Assembly: GCA_028694995.1 (NCBI GenBank)
Contig: JAQVJU010000001.1
Span: forward strand, 173,318-237,317
Source of the DNA: Minisyncoccota bacterium
GTDB taxonomy: Bacteria > Patescibacteriota > Minisyncoccia > UBA6257
DNA: 64,000 nt
Direction of reading: 5' to 3'
In this document: positions 9,034 through 19,082 of the stretch, one piece after another
Numbering within the stretch: the first letter of the stretch is position 1
How the letters are laid out: each line of letters begins with the position of its first letter
Program-made: the position numbers and the translations under genes
The notes under the pieces: model-generated
Seen by the model: only the letters and a program-made list of their open reading frames with translations
Databases searched by the model: none
Told to the model about the DNA's origin: nothing

Positions 9034-9501
9034 ATGAAGCTTAAAATTATCAGTGAAAGCCCAAAAGAAACGCAAGAAATTGCTGGTTTTTTTATTAAAT
9101 CTGTATTAAAACGAGAGCCTGTTTCTAATAAACAAGCTTTTGTTGTTTCTTTAGAAGGTGATTTAGGTAGTGGCAAAACAGAGTTTTTAAAAGGCGTGGC
9201 TAAATCTTTAAAATTAAAAGAAAAAGTTTTTAGCCCAACCTTTTTAATAATGAAAAGCTTTCCTTTTTCTAATAAGATTAAGAATTCTTTTAAAACATTA
9301 TGGCATTTAGATTGTTATCGTTTAGAGAAAATAAAAGAGATAGAATCTTTGGGTTTTAAGGAAATTATATCTGAGCCAACGAATATAATATTTATTGAAT
9401 GGGGTAATAAAGTTAAAAAATTATTACCTTTAAAGCATTGGAAAATAAAGTTTAAAATGTTAGAAAAAAATACAAGGATATTGGAATTTTATATCCCTTA
9501 A
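9034..9501 (+). CDS. tsaE: tRNA threonylcarbamoyladenosine biosynthesis ATPase TsaE (YjeE)
   Basis: P-loop LEGDLGSGKTEF and the conserved LWHLDCYRL (HxDxYR) motif; about 155 aa. Confidence 0.8.
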   Translation: MKLKIISESPKETQEIAGFFIKSVLKREPVSNKQAFVVSLEGDLGSGKTEFLKGVAKSLKLKEKVFSPTFLIMKSFPFSNKIKNSFKTLWHLDCYRLEKIKEIESLGFKEIISEPTNIIFIEWGNKVKKLLPLKHWKIKFKMLEKNTRILEFYIP

Positions 9502-9512
9502 ATAGTGAAATT

Positions 9513-12149
9513 ATGAAAAAATTAGCTATTATTGACTCGTATGCCTTAGCGCATCGCTCTTATCATGCCTTGCCTCCTTTAACTTCGCCTGATGGTGTTT
9601 TAGTTAATGGGGTCTATGGGTTTATGTTGTTTTTTTTGAAAATGCTTAAAGAGCTAAATCCAGATTATGTAGTGGCTACTTTTGATTTGGCCGCACCGAC
9701 TTTTCGACATCAAGAATACAAAGAATACAAAATCAAAAGGGAAAAAATGCCAGATAATTTTTATGAACAGATTTTAATAATTAAAGATTTGTTAAGAAAA
9801 TTTGGTGTGCCTATCTTAGAAGCAGAAGGCTATGAAGCTGATGATTTGATAGGCAGTGTGGTGGAAAAAACCCAAGACGAAGATTTAGAAACTTTTATTA
9901 TTACTGGTGATTTAGATACTTTGCAATTAGTTAATGATAAAGTTTTTGTTTATACTTTTGGGCGCGGTCTTCAGGATAAAATCATTTACAATAAAGAAAA
10001 GATAAAAGAAAGATTTCAATTAAAACCAGAACAATTAATTGATTGGAAAGCTTTAAAAGGAGATCCTTCTGATAATATTCCTGGAGTGCCAGCTATTGGT
10101 GAAAAAACCGCTTTAATGTTAATTAAAAATTTCAATAATTTAGACAATCTTTATATACAATTAAAAGAATCCTCAACGGTAGAAGAATTAATCAATAAAA
10201 ACCCAGAATTAAAGATAACGCCAAGAATCTTTAAACAATTAAAAGACTTTGAAGATCAAGCTTATTTTAGTCGTCATTTAGTATTAATTGAAAGAAAAAT
10301 ACCTTTGGAAGATTTTAATTTAGAAAAAGCTAAATTTGAAATTCCAGATGAGGAAAATTTGAAAAATTTATTAGGTAAATTAGGATTTCATAGCTTGCTT
10401 TCAAGGGTATTTGTTAATGAAGAGATAAAAGCTTCAAAACAAATTAAAAATTCATTGTTTATTATAAACACCCCAATTGCTTTAAAAGACTTAATAACCA
10501 AGATTAAATCAGAAAAAACCTTAGGATTGCTTTTGGATTATCAAGGGGAAAAATGGGGAGCAAGGAAAGTAAAGGGTTTGGGTATTAGTTTTGTAGATAA
10601 ATTGTATTACCTGCCAGAGAATTTATTTAATGATTTTTTTAAAGAACAAATTGACTGGCAGACAAAAAAAATAGCCAGTTTTGAAGCCAAGGTTATCTTT
10701 GAAGAATTAAAAATGTTTCCTTCAATTCTAATAGATGATATAAAAATACTTGCTTGGTTGATTGACCCAGATAGGAAAAATTACAAAATATCTTCTTTGG
10801 AAAAATTCTTTTTAAAACAAGAAACAGAAGAATCATTTGAAAATTCTTTAGCTTTATTATTGCCTTTAATGAAAGCGATTGAAGAAAAAATACTTGTCTT
10901 AGGACTGGAAAATGTTTGGACCAAGATTGAAAAACCTTTAATACCAATAATAGCTTTAATGGAAGAAAATGGTATTTTATTGGATTTAGATTTTTTAAAA
11001 GACTTAGATCAGACTAATAAAAAAGAAATTAAAAAATTGGAAGAACAAATTTATCAATTAGCTGGTCAAGAATTTAATATTAATTCGCCACAACAATTAT
11101 CTGTAATTCTATTTGAAAATTTAGGTATTTCTCCAAAAGATCTTAAGAAAACCAGTACGCGAAAAATATCAACTAAAATGGATGAACTTTTTAAGATAGA
11201 AAAAGAACATTCAATCATCCCTTTATTGATAAAATATCGCGGTTTAAAGAAATTAGAAAATTCTTTTTTGGAAACATTGCCTAAGTTTATTAATGAAAAG
11301 ACAAGAAGGATTCATACCATTTGGAATCAAACTGGAACAGCTACAGGTCGTCTTTCTTCAGAAAAGCCTAATTTGCAGAATATTCCCCAAAACGAATCTT
11401 TAGATAAACAAATTCGTAATGCTTTTGTAGCAGAAGAATTATTTTCTTTGGTTTCTTTTGATTATTCGCAGATAGAATTAAGACTAGCAGCTCATCTTTC
11501 TCAAGATAAGAAAATGATGGAAATTTTCAATCAAAATAAAGATGTTCATTTGGCAACCGCAAGCTATGTTCATGGCAAACCAGAAGAAGAAATTACTTTA
11601 GAAATGAGAAATCAAGCCAAGGCTTTGAATTTTGGTATTATTTATGGAATGGGTAATAGAGCTTTTGCTCAAACCGCTAATATTTCTTTAAAAGAAGCAG
11701 AAGTTTTTAGACAAAAATATTTTACCCAATTTTCCAGTTTGAAAAAATACTTGGATAATACTTTAGAAATAGCTAAGAGAAATGGATATGTGGAAACTGT
11801 TTTTGGTCGTAAGAGATTATTGCCTCTTTTAGGCACTTTGGGTAGAAGAGCCAAAGAGCAAGAAAGAATAGCTTTTAATGCGCCAATTCAAGGATTAGCC
11901 GCTGATATAATTAAGATGGCAATGATTCAGATTCAAGAATATATTTTCCAACATCAAATAGAAGAACAAGCAAGGATATTAGTTCAAATTCATGATGAGT
12001 TGATACTGGAAATTAAATCTGAGATAATAAAGGAAATAGCCCCTTGTTTTAAAAAGATAATGGAAACGGCTGTTGTTTTGAGTGTGCCTTTGGAAGTGAA
12101 AATCAGAAAAGGTAAAGATTGGGGGAAAATGGAAGAGTTAGATATTTAA
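9513..12149 (+). CDS. polA: DNA polymerase I
   Basis: 5'-3' exonuclease N-terminus, polymerase motif A DYSQIELR, motif B RNQAKALNFGIIYG, motif C QIHDELILE. Confidence 0.95.
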   Translation: MKKLAIIDSYALAHRSYHALPPLTSPDGVLVNGVYGFMLFFLKMLKELNPDYVVATFDLAAPTFRHQEYKEYKIKREKMPDNFYEQILIIKDLLRKFGVPILEAEGYEADDLIGSVVEKTQDEDLETFIITGDLDTLQLVNDKVFVYTFGRGLQDKIIYNKEKIKERFQLKPEQLIDWKALKGDPSDNIPGVPAIGEKTALMLIKNFNNLDNLYIQLKESSTVEELINKNPELKITPRIFKQLKDFEDQAYFSRHLVLIERKIPLEDFNLEKAKFEIPDEENLKNLLGKLGFHSLLSRVFVNEEIKASKQIKNSLFIINTPIALKDLITKIKSEKTLGLLLDYQGEKWGARKVKGLGISFVDKLYYLPENLFNDFFKEQIDWQTKKIASFEAKVIFEELKMFPSILIDDIKILAWLIDPDRKNYKISSLEKFFLKQETEESFENSLALLLPLMKAIEEKILVLGLENVWTKIEKPLIPIIALMEENGILLDLDFLKDLDQTNKKEIKKLEEQIYQLAGQEFNINSPQQLSVILFENLGISPKDLKKTSTRKISTKMDELFKIEKEHSIIPLLIKYRGLKKLENSFLETLPKFINEKTRRIHTIWNQTGTATGRLSSEKPNLQNIPQNESLDKQIRNAFVAEELFSLVSFDYSQIELRLAAHLSQDKKMMEIFNQNKDVHLATASYVHGKPEEEITLEMRNQAKALNFGIIYGMGNRAFAQTANISLKEAEVFRQKYFTQFSSLKKYLDNTLEIAKRNGYVETVFGRKRLLPLLGTLGRRAKEQERIAFNAPIQGLAADIIKMAMIQIQEYIFQHQIEEQARILVQIHDELILEIKSEIIKEIAPCFKKIMETAVVLSVPLEVKIRKGKDWGKMEELDI

Positions 12150-12158
12150 ATTGTTTTT

Positions 12159-13475
12159 ATGTTTAAATTTTTTGCAAAATTAAAAAGACATTTTTTCTCT
12201 TCCCAACTTTTACTTTTTTGGTTTTTTGGGGGCATTTTAATTGGGCAAATTGTTTTTAATTTTTTATGGATAGATTGGCCTTTGAATTTGATAATCAGCA
12301 TTGGTTTGTTTGTTTTCTATTTAATTATGGCAGTGATTTTGATAGAGAATGTAGATAAGATTTATCGTTTGGATGTTGAAAGGAATCAAATCAATGCCAT
12401 TATTAGTAGTATTGATGATCCGGTTATTTCCTATACCCAAAATTTTGAAATTGTTTTGGCTAATGAAGCCATGGTTAAGTTTCTTAATTTAAGCAAGAAA
12501 GATCTTATTGGTAAGATAGTGACTCCAGAATTAAGTAATGATGTTCATTATGGCACTTTAGCCAAATTAATTTTTCCTAGCTTAGCGCCTGTGGTCATGG
12601 AAAGAACTATTGATTCTTATCCTGAAAAGATAAAAATAAAGTTTTTTCAACCAAAAGAAATGGTTTTAGAGATAGTGACTACTAAAGTAATAGATGACAA
12701 AGGTCATTTGTATGGATTTTTACGCATTGTTCATGATTTAACCAAAGAAGAGGTTTTAAGGAAAATACAATCAGATTTTATTACAATAGTGGCTCATCAA
12801 TTAAGAACGCCAATGTCTGGTTTGGCTTGGATATTGGAATTATTAGCTAAAAAAGATTTAGGACCCTTAAATCCAGAACAAGAACAATTACTTAATGATG
12901 GTCAAAAAGCAATGCAAGAAAGTTTAAAAACCGTAGAAGATTTATTAAATGTGGCTCAAATAGAAGAAGGAAGATTTGGTTTTCAATTTATTGTTGCTGA
13001 TTTAGAAAAAATTATTGAAGAAACTTTTATTAAATTTGAACCTTCAGCTCAGAAAAGTAGTGTAAAGTTAATATTTCATCGACCAGAATTTAACTTAAAG
13101 CCATTTGTGATGGATCCTTTAAGGATTAAATTAGTATTAGAGATTTTAGTAGATAATGCTATTAAGTATAATGTTGAAAATGGAGAAGTTAGAATAAAAA
13201 TTGATCCAATAGAAAACAAACCTTTTATCATGATCTCTATAGAAGACACAGGTAAAGGAGTATCACCAGAAGATATGCCAAGATTATTCACTAAGTTTTT
13301 TAGATCAAAGCAAGTGTTAAAAGAACAAACCAGTGGCATTGGTTTGGGTTTGTATTTAGCTAAAAACATTATTGAGCGACATGGTGGGAAAATTTCAGCT
13401 AGATCTGTCTTGGGTCGAGGCTCTATCTTTACCTTTACTTTACCCATAGACCCAGATTATATCCCTGCGCAGTAG
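12159..13475 (+). CDS. Membrane-anchored PAS-domain sensor histidine kinase (orphan; no response regulator adjacent)
   Basis: Two N-terminal TM helices, a PAS-like region, H-box HQLRTPMSGL, and an HATPase_c domain (N-box NAIKYN, G-boxes EDTGKGV and GIGLGL). Confidence 0.85.
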   Translation: MFKFFAKLKRHFFSSQLLLFWFFGGILIGQIVFNFLWIDWPLNLIISIGLFVFYLIMAVILIENVDKIYRLDVERNQINAIISSIDDPVISYTQNFEIVLANEAMVKFLNLSKKDLIGKIVTPELSNDVHYGTLAKLIFPSLAPVVMERTIDSYPEKIKIKFFQPKEMVLEIVTTKVIDDKGHLYGFLRIVHDLTKEEVLRKIQSDFITIVAHQLRTPMSGLAWILELLAKKDLGPLNPEQEQLLNDGQKAMQESLKTVEDLLNVAQIEEGRFGFQFIVADLEKIIEETFIKFEPSAQKSSVKLIFHRPEFNLKPFVMDPLRIKLVLEILVDNAIKYNVENGEVRIKIDPIENKPFIMISIEDTGKGVSPEDMPRLFTKFFRSKQVLKEQTSGIGLGLYLAKNIIERHGGKISARSVLGRGSIFTFTLPIDPDYIPAQ

Positions 13476-13500
13476 TTTGTATTAATTTAAATTTATTTAT

Positions 13501-14337
13501 ATGCCTGAATTACCAGAGGTAGAGACAATCACGCGTCAATTAAATAGGAAAACAAAAGGCTTGATAATCAAAGATGTTTGGTTTGGTTGGGTGAAATTAT
13601 TAAGAGGTAGGATTAGTCAGCAGGAATTTAAAAAGACAATTATTAATAGAACTATTCTAGGTGTTAATCGTCAAGGAAAAAACATCATCATTAATCTTAG
13701 TGGAGGTTGGAGTTGTTTAATTCATTTAAAGCTTACTGGAAGGATTTTAGTAGGCTCAGAAGAGTTTATAAAACAAGACCCATATATCCATTTTAAACTT
13801 AAATTAAGTAATCAAACTTATTTAGCGCTTTCAGATTTAAGAAAATTTGCTAGGATTCTTTTAGAAAAAACAGATAAAGTCAAAGACTTAAAAGAAATTA
13901 AAGAATTAGGATTAAATCCTTTAGCTAAAGATTTTACTTTTAAAAACTTTGAAAATTCATTAAATAAAAAGAGACGAGGCAAGATAAAAGAAGTTTTATT
14001 AGAGCAGAATATTATAGCTGGAATTGGGAATATTTATGCTAGTGAAATTTTATGGGCAGCAAAAGTAAATCCTCTTAAAGATGTACAAGAATTAACCTTA
14101 TTAGAGAAAAAAAGAATTTATCAAAACATTAAAAAAGTTTTAATAAAGGCAGTAGAATTTAAAGGATCAACAGTGGCTGATAAGATGTATCAAGACACAG
14201 AAGGCAAGTTTGGTAACTATGCTTCTAAATTGCGAGCTTATCATCAAGAAAAATGTTTTCGCTGCAAGGGCCAGATAAAAAGGATAGTTCAGAAAGGTCG
14301 GTCAACTTTCTATTGTCCTAAATGTCAAAAAGAATAA
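13501..14337 (+). CDS. mutM: Formamidopyrimidine-DNA glycosylase (Fpg/MutM)
   Basis: The N-terminus MPELPEVETI, with the catalytic P2 and E3, and a C-terminal zinc finger CFRCKGQ...CPKCQ. Confidence 0.9.
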   Translation: MPELPEVETITRQLNRKTKGLIIKDVWFGWVKLLRGRISQQEFKKTIINRTILGVNRQGKNIIINLSGGWSCLIHLKLTGRILVGSEEFIKQDPYIHFKLKLSNQTYLALSDLRKFARILLEKTDKVKDLKEIKELGLNPLAKDFTFKNFENSLNKKRRGKIKEVLLEQNIIAGIGNIYASEILWAAKVNPLKDVQELTLLEKKRIYQNIKKVLIKAVEFKGSTVADKMYQDTEGKFGNYASKLRAYHQEKCFRCKGQIKRIVQKGRSTFYCPKCQKE

Positions 14338-14339
14338 TT

Positions 14340-15314
14340 ATGCTTTATCTTATTCACGGAGAAGATTCTTTTCGTTCATGGCAATATTTATTAAAAGTAA
14401 AGGAGTTTTATCAAAAAGACGCTCCGGCTTTTTTTGATTATGATTTTTCTGATAAAGCTAAGATACCTCCAGATCTTTCTGTTTTAAGTGATGTTCTGAA
14501 AAGTAAAACTCTTTTTTCTGGTAGTCGTTTAATATTAATCAAAAATATTTTTAAAAATACAAATATTCAATTTCGTAATGATTTTTTGACAATTTTGAAA
14601 GCTCAAAAAGTTGAATTAGCTAAGGATTTGATGATTATCTTTTATGAAAACGATAAGATATTAAGTAATTCTTTACAAAAATGGATTAAGCAAAAAGCCA
14701 AGGGAGATAAAGAATTTCCTTTATTAAAAAGCGGGAAATTAACAAAATGGATAACAGAACAAGAGCAAGAATTTGGATTAAGACTTAGTCCAGAAGCGCG
14801 TCAATTATTAGCAAATAGCTTTCTTTCAGATACTGGCTCTATTTATCATGCTTTAAAAAAGCTTTCCTTAATTAAAAAAGGACCAATAGATGCAAAAGTA
14901 CTTGAAGAGAGTTTATTTTTACCTGCTTCTAGTACCATATTTATTTTTTTAGATTACTTAATATCTGGTAATGATAAACAGGCTTTTTCACTTTTAGAGG
15001 TTTTAATTAATCAAGGATTACATCCATTATTTATTCTAAAAATGATTGTTTTTCAAATTCGTAATTTATTGATTTTAAAAGAAAGTTCAGGAAAACCAGC
15101 TTCAATGCATTATTATACCTATAGTAAGCTATTGCCTTTATCTAGGATGATTCCAGCAAAAATATTAAAAGAAACTTTTCAAGACCTTCTTTTTTGCGAT
15201 CAAAAGATTAAATCAGGTAATATTGAGGCAAAGATAGGTTTAGAGATATTTTTAATTGATTTTTTCCATAAAAGATGCAATACTATAAGTCAAAGCAATA
15301 TTAATAATTTTTAA
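14340..15314 (+). CDS. holA: DNA polymerase III delta subunit
   Basis: N-terminus LYLIHGEDSF. I chose the start at the internal Met (MLYLIHGED) to avoid a 16-nt overlap with mutM. The holA-then-rpsT neighbourhood is the conserved one. Confidence 0.75.
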   Translation: MLYLIHGEDSFRSWQYLLKVKEFYQKDAPAFFDYDFSDKAKIPPDLSVLSDVLKSKTLFSGSRLILIKNIFKNTNIQFRNDFLTILKAQKVELAKDLMIIFYENDKILSNSLQKWIKQKAKGDKEFPLLKSGKLTKWITEQEQEFGLRLSPEARQLLANSFLSDTGSIYHALKKLSLIKKGPIDAKVLEESLFLPASSTIFIFLDYLISGNDKQAFSLLEVLINQGLHPLFILKMIVFQIRNLLILKESSGKPASMHYYTYSKLLPLSRMIPAKILKETFQDLLFCDQKIKSGNIEAKIGLEIFLIDFFHKRCNTISQSNINNF

Positions 15315-15322
15315 TTTTATAT

Positions 15323-15589
15323 ATGCCAATTACTAAGGCAGCAAAAAAAGCAGTAAAAAAGAATATTACAAGAAGGAAAGCTAATGTCCGAAATTTGAAT
15401 CTTTTAAAGAAAACAAAGAAAGATTTTTTAAAATTAGTTAAAGAAGGCAAGATAGAAGAAGCAAAGAAAATGGCTCCTAATTTGTATAAAACTTTAGATA
15501 AAGCTGCTAAAACTAATTTAATTAAAAAAAATAAAGCTAATAGGGATAAATCAAGATTAATGAAGAAATTAAAAGAAAAAAAGAAATAA
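15323..15589 (+). CDS. rpsT: 30S ribosomal protein S20
   Basis: MPITKAAKKAVKKN...RRKANVRN; basic, 88 aa. Confidence 0.9.
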   Translation: MPITKAAKKAVKKNITRRKANVRNLNLLKKTKKDFLKLVKEGKIEEAKKMAPNLYKTLDKAAKTNLIKKNKANRDKSRLMKKLKEKKK

Positions 15590-15601
15590 ATTACAGGAAA
15601 T

Positions 15602-15625
15602 AAAGCCCGAAAGGGCTTTTTTTAT
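15602..15625 (+). terminator. Rho-independent terminator after rpsT
   Basis: Hairpin AAAGCCC-GAAA-GGGCTTT followed by a T run. Confidence 0.7.
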
Positions 15626-15655
15626 TAATTGTTATCTTTTAAAATTTAAGTTAAA

Positions 15656-16078
15656 ATGAAAACAATGAAATACAAATATTCTATTATTGAGCATGCAGCT
15701 GATATAAAATTAAAAATTACGGCCTCAGCAAAAGAAGGTTTGTTTAAGGGTGGCTTAGAAGGTATGGCTTGGATAATGGTTGAGGATGAAGATATTGAAA
15801 AAGAATCAATAGAAAAAAGAATAGAAATTTCAGCTTTAGAAGAAAATATCTTACTAGTAGATTTCTTAAGTGAAGTTTTAGCACAATCAGATATTTATAA
15901 TTCTGTTTTTCCAGAAATTGAAATTGAAGAATTTACTGAACAGAAAATTATTGGCAAAATCAAAGGCAAAAGAATAAAGAGATTTAAAGAAGAGATAAAG
16001 GCAGTAACTTATCATGGGGCAAATATTTGTAAAAATAAACAAGGTCTTTGGGAAATAACAATACTTTTTGATATTTAA
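15656..16078 (+). CDS. Archease (RtcB activator)
   Basis: N-terminal YSIIEHAADIKLKITASAKEGLF matches the archease signature (xxHTADxxxxxxGxxxEExF); about 140 aa. It sits immediately upstream of rtcB. Confidence 0.75.
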   Translation: MKTMKYKYSIIEHAADIKLKITASAKEGLFKGGLEGMAWIMVEDEDIEKESIEKRIEISALEENILLVDFLSEVLAQSDIYNSVFPEIEIEEFTEQKIIGKIKGKRIKRFKEEIKAVTYHGANICKNKQGLWEITILFDI

Positions 16079-16100
16079 AAATTAATTAGAGAGTTGTTTT

Positions 16101-17541
16101 ATGTTTAATAAATTTCAAATTTCTAAAATTCATGATTATCTTTGGGAAATCCCTCAGTCTTTTAGAAATGATATGCGAGTACCAGCGAGGATTTATGCTT
16201 CAAGGAAAATAATTGAAGAAACAGAAGAAGAAGCAATAATTCAATTGATTAACACAACAACAATGCCAGGGATAGTTAAATATGGATTAGCCATGCCAGA
16301 CATTCATTCAGGATATGGACCGCCAATAGGAGGGGTTGGGGCAATGTTATTACCTGATGGAGTAATCTCTCCTGGTTTTGTAGGTTATGATGAAAATTGT
16401 GGTATTAGGTTATTAAAGTCAGAGTTAGAAGAAGACGAGATTCAATCTTATTTAGAAAGCTTAGCCACAAAAATTCAAGAAATTGTTCCTTCTGGCTTAG
16501 GCAAAGGCAGGCGTTCAAAATTGAGCCTGGAACAAATAGATAGATTATTAGAAGGTGGGGCTAAGCATTTGGTAGCTAGGGGTTATGGGGAAAAAGAAGA
16601 TGTGGAAAATTGTGAATCTCAAGGTCAGATAGAAACTGCTGATGCTAAATATGTTTCTGATTTAGCAAAAAGAAGAGGTCAAGATCAAGTGGGGACACTT
16701 GGTTCAGGAAATCATTTTATAGAAATTCAAAAAGTAACAGAGATTTTTGATGAAGAAATTGCAAAGGTTTTTTGGTTTGTTTAAAAATCAAATTGTAATC
16801 ATGGTTCATACTGGTTCTCGCGGCCTAGGGCATCAGAATTGCACTGACTATTTGCGAAAAGTAGTTCAGGCAGTAGATAAGTATAATATAAAATTACCTG
16901 ACAAAGAATTAGCTTGTGTGCCCTTCAGTTCCCCAGAAGGACAAAGTTTTTTTAAAGCAATGAGTGCGGCTAGTAATTTTGCTTGGGCTAATAGGCAAAT
17001 GATTAGTTATTATTTACGTCAAGCTTGGGCGCAAACAATCTCTAAAAAATCAAAATTAACCTTGCTTTATGATGTGGCTCATAATATTGCTAAGGTAGAA
17101 GAGCATCAAATAGATGGAAAAAATACACAATTAATTGTTCATCGTAAAGGAGCCACTAGAGCTTTTCCTCCAAATCATTTGGAAATTCCAGAAAAATACC
17201 GCTCAGTTGGTCAGCCAGTGCTTATTCCAGGAACCATGGGCACAGCTTCTTATGTGCTAGCTGGTTCTGAAAAATCAGCTGAGGCTTTTTATACTGTTAA
17301 TCATGGTGCTGGTAGAAGAATGTCAAGGCATGCAGCAATAAGGACTATTTCTCCTGAAGAATTAAGAAAACAATTAGCTCAAAAAGGAATTATAGTCAAA
17401 TGTCGTAGTTTTCGTGGATTAGTTGAAGAAGCGCCTGAAGCTTATAAAAACATAGAAGAAGTTATAGAAACAGTAGAAAAAGCTGGTTTATCAAAAAAAG
17501 TAGTGAAATTAACACCTCGAGCAGTAATCAAAGGGGAGTAA
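16101..17541 (+). CDS. rtcB: RNA-splicing ligase RtcB, interrupted by a 1-nt frameshift in a T6 homopolymer at 16768-16773; the ORF track shows it as two ORFs
   Basis: Hallmark RtcB motifs [37 protein letters not shown] and NHGAGRRMSRHAA. Removing one T from the run reads ...[23 protein letters not shown], which is collinear with archaeal RtcB ([30 protein letters not shown]). Confidence 0.9.
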
Positions 17542-17642
17542 TTTGTTTAAAAATATGTTATTATTTTTTAAAGGTCGAATTTAAACCTATTTAATCATCT
17601 AGCTATCCTTTTTAATAAAAAATTAGATAGCTAAAAATTATT

Positions 17643-17897
17643 ATGGAAGAAAAACTTATAGGTAAAATCATTCATTACTTTGGCAAGATTCAAGTGGCCA
17701 TTATAGAATTAACAGGCACAATCAAGCAAGGGGATAAAATTCATATTAAGGGCGCCAATACAGATTTTGAACAAGAAGTTGATTCAATGCAAATAGATCA
17801 TGCTAATGTGCAAACAGCAAAAAAGGGAGATTCAATTGGCATTAAGGTAGATGAAAAAGTCAGAGAAGGTGATGAAGTTTATTTAATTCTTCCTTAG
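17643..17897 (+). CDS. Small stand-alone beta-barrel protein resembling domain II of translational GTPases (EF-Tu domain 2-like)
   Basis: 84 aa. The pattern GKIIHYFGKIQVAIIELTGTIKQGDKIHIKG...GDSIGIKV...GDEVYLI resembles a translation-factor beta-barrel. There is no GTPase domain. Confidence 0.35.
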   Translation: MEEKLIGKIIHYFGKIQVAIIELTGTIKQGDKIHIKGANTDFEQEVDSMQIDHANVQTAKKGDSIGIKVDEKVREGDEVYLILP

Positions 17898-17909
17898 GAA
17901 AATATTAAA

Positions 17910-19073
17910 ATGAATAAATTAGCTGGAGCCGAAGCGATAGCTGTTTTGGTTGGGACGATTATTGGCGCTGGTGTCTTTACCTTGCCTTATGTAATGACAA
18001 ATTCTGGCGTTTTGATAACCATTGGTTGGTTAGTTGTTGTTTGTTTTCTTATTATTTTTTTGCATTTATGCTTTGGGGAAATTGTTTTAAGAACAAAAAA
18101 GAGTTTTTGTTTGCCTGGATATATTGGTCATTATTTAAATTCACCAGCTAAAAAATTTGCTCTTTTAATAACTTTTCTTACTTTTGGTTTTTCACTTTTA
18201 GTTTGTCTACAATTGGGTGCTAAATTTATAGGAGTTATTTTAAGCACTTTTTTCTCAGGGAATGTTTTTCCTGAAGGTTTGATAATACTTTTTCTTTGGC
18301 TTTGTTTAAGCGCCATTATTTTATCTGGCAGTAAAAATTTATCAAAAATTAATTTTTATTTATCTCTTATTCTATTAGGTTTGTTTTTTCTTATTGCTAT
18401 GCTTGCACAACCATATTTTAGGATAGAGAATTTGAATTTTCTAAGTTTTAATAATCAATGGGGATGGTTAATTCCATATGGTGTATTCTTTTTTGCTCTT
18501 AATGGAATGGTAGCTGTACCTGAGGCAATAAGGGTTGTAAAAAGAAAACAGATAAACAAAAATCAAGTTAAAAAGATTCTTATTCTTGGTACTTTGATTC
18601 CGGTTTTTTGCTATTTAGTATTTATGTTTACAGTAGCTGGAGTTAGCGGCATTAATACCTCGATGGAAGCTATAGAAGGGTTAAGAAATATTTTAAGAGA
18701 GGAAATTATTTTACTAGGTGCTGGAATAGGGTTTTTAGCAGTTACCACTACTTATTTAATTTTTGGTTCTTATATCAAAAACAGTTTTATTAATGATTTT
18801 TGTTGGTCATCTTTTATTAGTCATTTTTTAGTGATTATGGGCCCAATTGTAATTTATTTTTGGCATTTGGATGATTTAATAAGATTAATTTCATTTCTTG
18901 GGGGAATGTTAGGAGGGTTTGAAGGAGTTATGATTCTTTTAGTATTGAAAAAAGCCAAAGAACAAAGTGAATTAGAGCCGCCATACAAGATGCCTTTGAA
19001 TAAATATTTGTTAGCAATTTTGATTATGGCTTTTATTATTGGCGCTCTTTGTCAGACAATTTTAGTTTATTAA
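17910..19073 (+). CDS. Amino acid permease (APC/HAAAP-superfamily membrane transporter)
   Basis: About 11 TM helices. The N-terminus AIAVLVGTIIGAGVFTLPYVM is typical of aromatic or hydroxy amino acid permeases. Confidence 0.6.
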   Translation: MNKLAGAEAIAVLVGTIIGAGVFTLPYVMTNSGVLITIGWLVVVCFLIIFLHLCFGEIVLRTKKSFCLPGYIGHYLNSPAKKFALLITFLTFGFSLLVCLQLGAKFIGVILSTFFSGNVFPEGLIILFLWLCLSAIILSGSKNLSKINFYLSLILLGLFFLIAMLAQPYFRIENLNFLSFNNQWGWLIPYGVFFFALNGMVAVPEAIRVVKRKQINKNQVKKILILGTLIPVFCYLVFMFTVAGVSGINTSMEAIEGLRNILREEIILLGAGIGFLAVTTTYLIFGSYIKNSFINDFCWSSFISHFLVIMGPIVIYFWHLDDLIRLISFLGGMLGGFEGVMILLVLKKAKEQSELEPPYKMPLNKYLLAILIMAFIIGALCQTILVY

Positions 19074-19082
19074 ATAATTTTT

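Noticed and set aside
14322-14339. holA start at 14322, overlapping mutM by 16 nt
   Set aside because: The internal Met at 14340 gives the conserved LYLIHGED N-terminus with no overlap.
16101-17541. Two separate ORFs (16101-16784 and 16747-17541) as independent genes
   Set aside because: Both halves are collinear with a single RtcB. The break coincides with a T6 homopolymer, and removing one T restores the conserved ...AKVFGLF...[12 protein letters not shown] junction. I treat it as one frameshifted gene.
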